DNA from: an uncultured Clostridia bacterium
GTDB lineage: Bacteria; Bacillota; Clostridia; TANB77; CAG-508
Assembly: GCA_944386325.1 (NCBI GenBank)
Contig: CALXAP010000003.1
Span: 2,488-66,487, forward strand
Direction of reading: 5' to 3'
Length of the DNA: 64,000 nt
Shown here: one piece after another, positions 58,646 to 64,000 of the stretch
Layout: each line of letters starts with the position of its first letter
How positions within the stretch are numbered: position 1 is the stretch's first letter
Notes under the pieces: generated by a model
What the model was told of the DNA's origin: nothing
The model's database searches: none
What the model saw: the letters and a program-made list of their open reading frames with translations, nothing else
Position numbers and translations under genes: made by a program

Positions 58646-59911
58646 GTGAAAAAATTGCGTGTAAAGAATAAAAGTTGGAGAAAATTAGATAATTCTGCAC
58701 AGATTTTTCCAATAATATCAAATAAAAAATTTAGTACTGTTTTTAGAATATCAACTGTTTTAAATGAAAAAATTTCAGAAGATATATTAAGAAAAGCTTT
58801 GAAAATAGTTTTAGATAATTTTGAATGCTTTAAGGTAAAATTAAAAAAAGGATTTTTTTGGTATTATTTAGAAAATAACAATGAAGAACCAATAGTAGAA
58901 AAAGAAAATAATTATCCATGTAAATATATAAACAAATATACAAATAATGGATATTTATTTAAGGTTACATATTTTGAAAATAAAATAAACTTAGATGTAT
59001 TTCATTCTTTAACAGATGGGAATTATGCAGTAAGATTTTTAAAAGAGATTGTATATACATATTTAGAAATTTCACATCCAAATGATTTGAAAGATAATAT
59101 AAGAATTCAAAGAAAAGTAGAGTATACAGTAGAAGATAGTTATATAGAAAACTATAACAAAAAATTAAATGGTAAACCAAATACTAAAAGAGCGTTTATA
59201 CTTAAAGGAAGAAATTTACCATTTGATGCAATTAGTGTTATACATGGAATAATAGATTTGAAAAAATTAAAGGAAGTAGTAAAAGAAAAAAATGTAACAA
59301 TAACACAATATTTTACCGCTCTACTCATATATTCAATATATGAGGCAAATTATAAAAAATATAATGGCAAAAAACCTATAAAAATATGTATACCAGTGGA
59401 TTTGAGAAAATATTTTAACTCTAAAACAATATCAAATTTTTTTTCATATATAACAGTAGAAAAGAAAATGGATAAAAATGATAATTTTGATAATATATTA
59501 AAATTTGTAAAAGAAGATTTTAAAAGAAAACTTACTGAAGAAGAGATAAAAAAAACAATGTCATCAAATGTAAAATTAGGTACCAATATATTAATAAAAA
59601 TGATGCCATTATTTATAAAAAAATTTACAGTAAAAATTAGTTATGTTGAAATAAGAAAATATACAACAGCTACATTATCTAATATAGGGAAAATAGGAAT
59701 AATATCTGAATATAAAAAATATATAGATAATTTTTTGTTTTTAATTGCACCTGAAGTAGTTGAAAAAATAAAATGCTCTGTGTGCTCATATGAAAATAAT
59801 GTTGTTTTTACTTTTACATCAATATTAGAAGATAAGAATATACAAAATACATTTTTTGAATATTTAAAAAAACAAGATATATCAGTTAAGATAGAAAGTA
59901 ATGGTGTATAA
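58646..59911 (+). CDS. HxxxD acyltransferase (alcohol acetyltransferase / condensation-domain-like)
   Basis: VFHSLTDG motif at about aa 120, about 420 aa. The start may be TTG at 58655. Confidence 0.55.
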   Translation: MKKLRVKNKSWRKLDNSAQIFPIISNKKFSTVFRISTVLNEKISEDILRKALKIVLDNFECFKVKLKKGFFWYYLENNNEEPIVEKENNYPCKYINKYTNNGYLFKVTYFENKINLDVFHSLTDGNYAVRFLKEIVYTYLEISHPNDLKDNIRIQRKVEYTVEDSYIENYNKKLNGKPNTKRAFILKGRNLPFDAISVIHGIIDLKKLKEVVKEKNVTITQYFTALLIYSIYEANYKKYNGKKPIKICIPVDLRKYFNSKTISNFFSYITVEKKMDKNDNFDNILKFVKEDFKRKLTEEEIKKTMSSNVKLGTNILIKMMPLFIKKFTVKISYVEIRKYTTATLSNIGKIGIISEYKKYIDNFLFLIAPEVVEKIKCSVCSYENNVVFTFTSILEDKNIQNTFFEYLKKQDISVKIESNGV

Positions 59912-59913
59912 AT

Positions 59914-60477
59914 ATGTTATATCCTAAAATAATTAATATAAAAAAAAGTAACGAGATTATTGGAATATTAATATTCATATGTTTATTAATTTCAGGAGTT
60001 CTTATAGCAATAGATTTTTTGACAGATGCAAAAATAATGTGGTCATTAATAAGTTCTATAAGTATTGTATATTTATGGGTAACTGTGATATATTCAGTAA
60101 GAAGAGGGACTAATATTGCAAGTAGCATAATGATACAAACTTTGATTATTTCAATTTTTATGATATTATTAGATAAAATTATAGGGTATAAAGGTTGGTC
60201 AGTAGAAATGGCAATACCAATAATATTATCTATTGCAAATATTATGATGTTTGCAATCTTGTTAATTAGTAGAAGAAATTATACTAATTACATAATATAC
60301 CATGTTATAATTTTTGGATTTAATTTATTTATGGTTATATTATTTTTATTTAATATGATAAACAATATAAAAGTATCTGTAATATCTTTAGTAATATCAA
60401 TAATTATAGCAATAATTACAGTAATAATATGTGGCAAAGATATAAAAGAAGAATTATTAAAAAGATTTCATATGTAG
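59914..60477 (+). CDS. multi-pass membrane protein (DUF6320-like)
   Basis: Five or six hydrophobic helices. Starts 3 nt after the acyltransferase stop. Confidence 0.55.
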   Translation: MLYPKIINIKKSNEIIGILIFICLLISGVLIAIDFLTDAKIMWSLISSISIVYLWVTVIYSVRRGTNIASSIMIQTLIISIFMILLDKIIGYKGWSVEMAIPIILSIANIMMFAILLISRRNYTNYIIYHVIIFGFNLFMVILFLFNMINNIKVSVISLVISIIIAIITVIICGKDIKEELLKRFHM

Positions 60478-60487
60478 GGGTGTAAGG

Positions 60488-61234
60488 TTGAAAAATTTAA
60501 TTCTTTTCCAACCGGATTTGTGCCTTAAGGAAGGAATGAGATTAAAAATGGAAGAATATATAGAAGATAGATTAATAGAATTAGCAGATGAAAAATTTAA
60601 AAAATTTCATAGTGGCTTATGTCCAAATGTAGATAATATTATAGGTGTAAAAGTACCTTTATTAAGAAATTTAGCAAAAGAACTATATGAAGAATATGGA
60701 TTAGAATATTTTAATCATACGAAATCAGATTATTATGAAGAAGTCATGTTAGAAGGTATAATGATAGGTTTGTTAGATATAAGAGTTGATAAAGTATTAG
60801 AATATATTAAGAATTTCTTACCTAAAATCAATAATTGGGCTATTTGTGATACATTTTGTTCAGGACTAAAAATTGCAAAAAAGAATAAAAAGATTTTTTG
60901 GGAATTTATAGATTCATATTTAGATTCTGAAAATGAATATGAAGTTAGATTTGCAGTAGTTATGATGTTATATCATTTCTTAGATGATGAACACACAATA
61001 GAAGTAACTAAAAGAATAGAAAGAATCAAGCATCAAGGTTATTATGTAAAAGTTGCTGTAGCATGGCTTATATCAATTATGTATATAAAATATCCTGCAT
61101 ATACATATGGATATTTAGAAGAAGATTGTAATTTAGATGATATAACATTTAACAAGGCAATACAAAAAATAAATGATTCAAAAAGAGTTAGTGATGATGA
61201 TAAGTTTTATATAAAAGATTTAAAAAGAATATAG
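60488..61234 (+). CDS. DNA alkylation repair protein (AlkD-like HEAT repeat)
   Basis: LADEKFKKFHSGLCPNVDNIIGVKVPLLRNLAKE and NNWAICDTFC are typical of the family. The true start is probably ATG 60536 or 60548. Confidence 0.7.
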   Translation: MKNLILFQPDLCLKEGMRLKMEEYIEDRLIELADEKFKKFHSGLCPNVDNIIGVKVPLLRNLAKELYEEYGLEYFNHTKSDYYEEVMLEGIMIGLLDIRVDKVLEYIKNFLPKINNWAICDTFCSGLKIAKKNKKIFWEFIDSYLDSENEYEVRFAVVMMLYHFLDDEHTIEVTKRIERIKHQGYYVKVAVAWLISIMYIKYPAYTYGYLEEDCNLDDITFNKAIQKINDSKRVSDDDKFYIKDLKRI

Positions 61235-61302
61235 TAACTATTGTGTTTTGACATATTTTATAATATAATGCTTTTCAAGTATAAAAGGGAGTGTGTATTA
61301 AT

Positions 61303-63063
61303 ATGAAAGCAATTGATATTAGAAACAAATATTTGAAATTTTTTGAAAGCAAAGGTCATAAAATAATTCCTAGTAGTCCATTAATACCTGAAAATGATCC
61401 TTCAGTATTATTTACAACAGCTGGAATGCAACCATTAGTACCATATCTTTTAGGTGAAAAGCATCCAGAAGGTACAAGGCTTACAGATTATCAAAAATGT
61501 GTAAGAACAGTGGATATAGAAGATGTTGGAGATAATAGACATTTAACATATTTTGAAATGTTAGGAAATTGGTCTTTGGGAGATTATTTTAAAAAAGAAG
61601 CTATAGAGTGGAGTTTTGAATTTTTAACAAAACATTTAAATATACCAGTAGACAAGCTATCTGTTACATGTTTTGCAGGTGATGAAGATGCACCAAAAGA
61701 TGAAGAAGCAATAGAGGCTTGGAAAAAAGCAGGAATACCAGAAGAAAGAATATATTTATTTGGTAAAAATGATAATTGGTGGATTGCCGGAGATGAAGGT
61801 CCTTGTGGTCCTGATACAGAAATGTTTTATGATACAGGAAAACCAAAATGTTCAGAAAATTGTAATCCTTCATGTGATTGTGGTAAATATGTTGAAATCT
61901 GGAATGATGTATTTATGGAATATTATAGACATGCAGATGGAAAATATACAAAATTAAGTAAGCAAAATGTTGATACTGGAATGGGATTAGAAAGAATGGC
62001 AATGCTATTACAAGGTAAAGAAACTCCATATGAAACAGAGTTATTTTCTGCAACAATGGAAAAGTTGAAAGAGTTAGCAAAAAATGATGATATTCACAGT
62101 AGAAGAATAATTTCAGATCATTTAAGAAGTAGTATGATGATAATTGCAGATGGAGGAACACCAAGTAATACAGATAGAGGATATATATTAAGAAGATTAA
62201 TTAGAAGAATGATAAGACATTTAAATAAATTAGAGATTGAGCAATCTAAATTATCAGAATTAATAGATATTACAATAGATAGTTTAAAACATATGTATGA
62301 AGAATTAGATTTAAATAGAGATAGAATAAAAAATATAATAATAGAAGAGCAACAAAAATTTTCTAAAACTCTAGAACATGGAGAAAAAGAGTTTGAAAAA
62401 GCTTTAAATAAGGCAAAATCTGAAGGTAAGGATACAATAGATTCAAGTAGTGCTTTTAGATTATATGAAACATATGGTTTCCCAATTGAAATGACTATTG
62501 AATTGGCAAAAGAAAATGGGATGAATGTTGATGTAAAAGAATTTGATAAACTATTTAAAGAGCATCAAGAAAAATCAAAAATAGGAAGTGAGCACAAATT
62601 TAAAGGAGGACTTGCAGAACAAAATGAAATAACAATTGCATATCATACAGCAACACATTTATTACATAAAGCATTACAAATAGTATTAGGTGAACATGCA
62701 ACTCAAAAAGGTTCTAATATAACAACAGAAAGATTGAGATTTGATTTTGCACATCCTAAAAAAGTTACAAAGGAAGAATTAGAAAAAGTAGAGGAAATAG
62801 TAAATGAGCAAATAAAAAAAGATTTGCCTGTGACATGTGAAGAAATGACATTAGAAGAAGCTAAAAAAGCAGGTGCGACAGGATTATTTGAAAACAAATA
62901 TGGAGATAAAGTAAAAGTATATAGTATAGGAGATTTTAGTAAAGAAATTTGCGGAGGACCACATGTAGAACATACAGGAGTTTTAGGCAAATTTGTTATA
63001 AAAAAAGAAGAGTCTAGTTCTTCAGGAATAAGAAGAATAAAAGCTGTTTTAATAAAAGAATAG
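61303..63063 (+). CDS. alaS: alanine--tRNA ligase, short form (catalytic, tRNA-recognition and editing domains; no C-Ala domain)
   Basis: Motifs FTTAGMQP, YFEMLGNWSLGDYFK, GPCGPDTEMFYD, EIWNDVFMEY and TGMGLERM. Editing-site motifs HTATHLLH and CGGPHV. The stop follows GIRRIKAVLIKE. Confidence 0.85.
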   Translation: MKAIDIRNKYLKFFESKGHKIIPSSPLIPENDPSVLFTTAGMQPLVPYLLGEKHPEGTRLTDYQKCVRTVDIEDVGDNRHLTYFEMLGNWSLGDYFKKEAIEWSFEFLTKHLNIPVDKLSVTCFAGDEDAPKDEEAIEAWKKAGIPEERIYLFGKNDNWWIAGDEGPCGPDTEMFYDTGKPKCSENCNPSCDCGKYVEIWNDVFMEYYRHADGKYTKLSKQNVDTGMGLERMAMLLQGKETPYETELFSATMEKLKELAKNDDIHSRRIISDHLRSSMMIIADGGTPSNTDRGYILRRLIRRMIRHLNKLEIEQSKLSELIDITIDSLKHMYEELDLNRDRIKNIIIEEQQKFSKTLEHGEKEFEKALNKAKSEGKDTIDSSSAFRLYETYGFPIEMTIELAKENGMNVDVKEFDKLFKEHQEKSKIGSEHKFKGGLAEQNEITIAYHTATHLLHKALQIVLGEHATQKGSNITTERLRFDFAHPKKVTKEELEKVEEIVNEQIKKDLPVTCEEMTLEEAKKAGATGLFENKYGDKVKVYSIGDFSKEICGGPHVEHTGVLGKFVIKKEESSSSGIRRIKAVLIKE

Positions 63064-63074
63064 TTAAAGGAGAG

Positions 63075-63425
63075 ATGAAAATGGATTGTCTTTTTTGTAA
63101 AATAATAAATAAGGAAGTACCATCAGATATAGTATATGAAGATGATGAAGTGCTTGCATTTAAAGATATACATCCAGCTGCACCAGTACATGTATTAGTT
63201 ATACCAAAAAAACATATTTCAGCATTAACAGAATTACAAAAAGAAGATGAAGCATTAATTGGAAAAATATATACATGTATTAATGAAGTAGCAAAAAAAG
63301 TAGGAGTATTTGAAAGTGGATATAGAGTAATAGTTAATTGTGGTAAAGATGGATGTCAAGAAGTTAAACATTTACATTTTCATTTACTAGGAGGAAAAAA
63401 ATTAGGAGAAAAAATTGTAGAATAA
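63075..63425 (+). CDS. HIT family (histidine triad) nucleotide hydrolase
   Basis: CLFCKII and HLHFHLLGG. Confidence 0.92.
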   Translation: MKMDCLFCKIINKEVPSDIVYEDDEVLAFKDIHPAAPVHVLVIPKKHISALTELQKEDEALIGKIYTCINEVAKKVGVFESGYRVIVNCGKDGCQEVKHLHFHLLGGKKLGEKIVE

Positions 63426-63560
63426 TTTTATATGATATGGAAAAAGAATTCCTAATATGATATAATATATTATATCGTGTGCAATTTTATTTTGCATATG
63501 AATAATATATTATATTTGTATGTGAATTTTTAAGATTTATATACATAAACAGGAGAAAAG

Positions 63561-64000
63561 ATATGAATATGAGATATAGTAAGTTTTTAACAATATTACT
63601 TGTTATTGTTATAATTGCAATAATAGGTCTATTAGGATTTTGGATATATAATACATACCAAAAGTATAGTATAATGGATGATGCAAGTGAGGCTGTTGAT
63701 GAATTTCAACATGCAGTAGGAGCTGTAACTGATGATACTGATAATAATGAAACTCCAGCTGAAAATGTAACAAATCCATATGATAATCTACAATCTGCCA
63801 CAGATAATAATGATACTGAAAATAATGGAAGTACAGTTAAAACATATAAAGGTTTTGTTCAAGTAGGTTCAATAGAAATACCAAAAACAGGTGTTAAGTA
63901 TCCAGTTTTAGCTGAAGCAAATAAAAAAACGATAGAGGTGGCTGTTGCAGTTTTGTATGGACCAGGATTAAATAAGCCAGGCAATACTACAATAGTAGGG
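63561..64000 (+). CDS. sortase family transpeptidase, N-terminal part (runs off the window)
   Basis: AGGAGAA RBS and a TM anchor. GSIEIPKTGVKYPVL and GPGLNKPGNTTIVG match the sortase N-terminal beta strands. This ORF is not in the track because it has no stop in the window. Confidence 0.65.

Overview
Very AT-rich, low-GC Firmicutes chromosome segment, Clostridia-like and endospore-forming. It holds about 62 protein genes, all but one on the + strand. Most are core housekeeping genes: priA-def-fmt, asp23/amaP, nusB-xseA/xseB, fhs, murB, yvcK, a glycogen debranching enzyme, ruvC, holA, queA-tgt, lexA, valS behind a Val T-box leader, aspS, greA, ppaC, a short alaS-type ligase and hit. Sporulation genes are interleaved: gpr, spoIIAA-spoIIAB-sigF, spoIID, an M23 peptidase, a GH18 enzyme and spoIVB. 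There are also two ECF sigma/anti-sigma pairs, an asymmetric heterodimeric ABC exporter, and a surface module (BspA-type LRR protein, O-antigen-ligase-like protein, three glycosyltransferases). I saw no rRNA, tRNA, CRISPR array, transposase, integrase or recognisable defence genes, and I cannot point to a clear new multi-gene system. There is one candidate 6S RNA. The unusual signals lie in non-coding DNA and in broken reading frames. (1) A modular family of intergenic repeats includes two near-identical ~195-nt palindromic elements that bracket lexA, and GC-rich CGAAC..GTTCG hairpins. (2) A duplicated leader cassette with ATTCAYY heptanucleotide repeats leaves the LRR surface protein without an in-frame start for its own membrane anchor, which may be an ON/OFF switch. 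(3) Single-nucleotide frame breaks occur in spoIVB, just before the catalytic Ser, and in priA, in an A-run. An unknown gene after aspS also lacks a canonical start. (4) The AlaRS lacks the C-Ala domain. All function calls come from motifs read by eye in the translated ORFs. No database searches were run.
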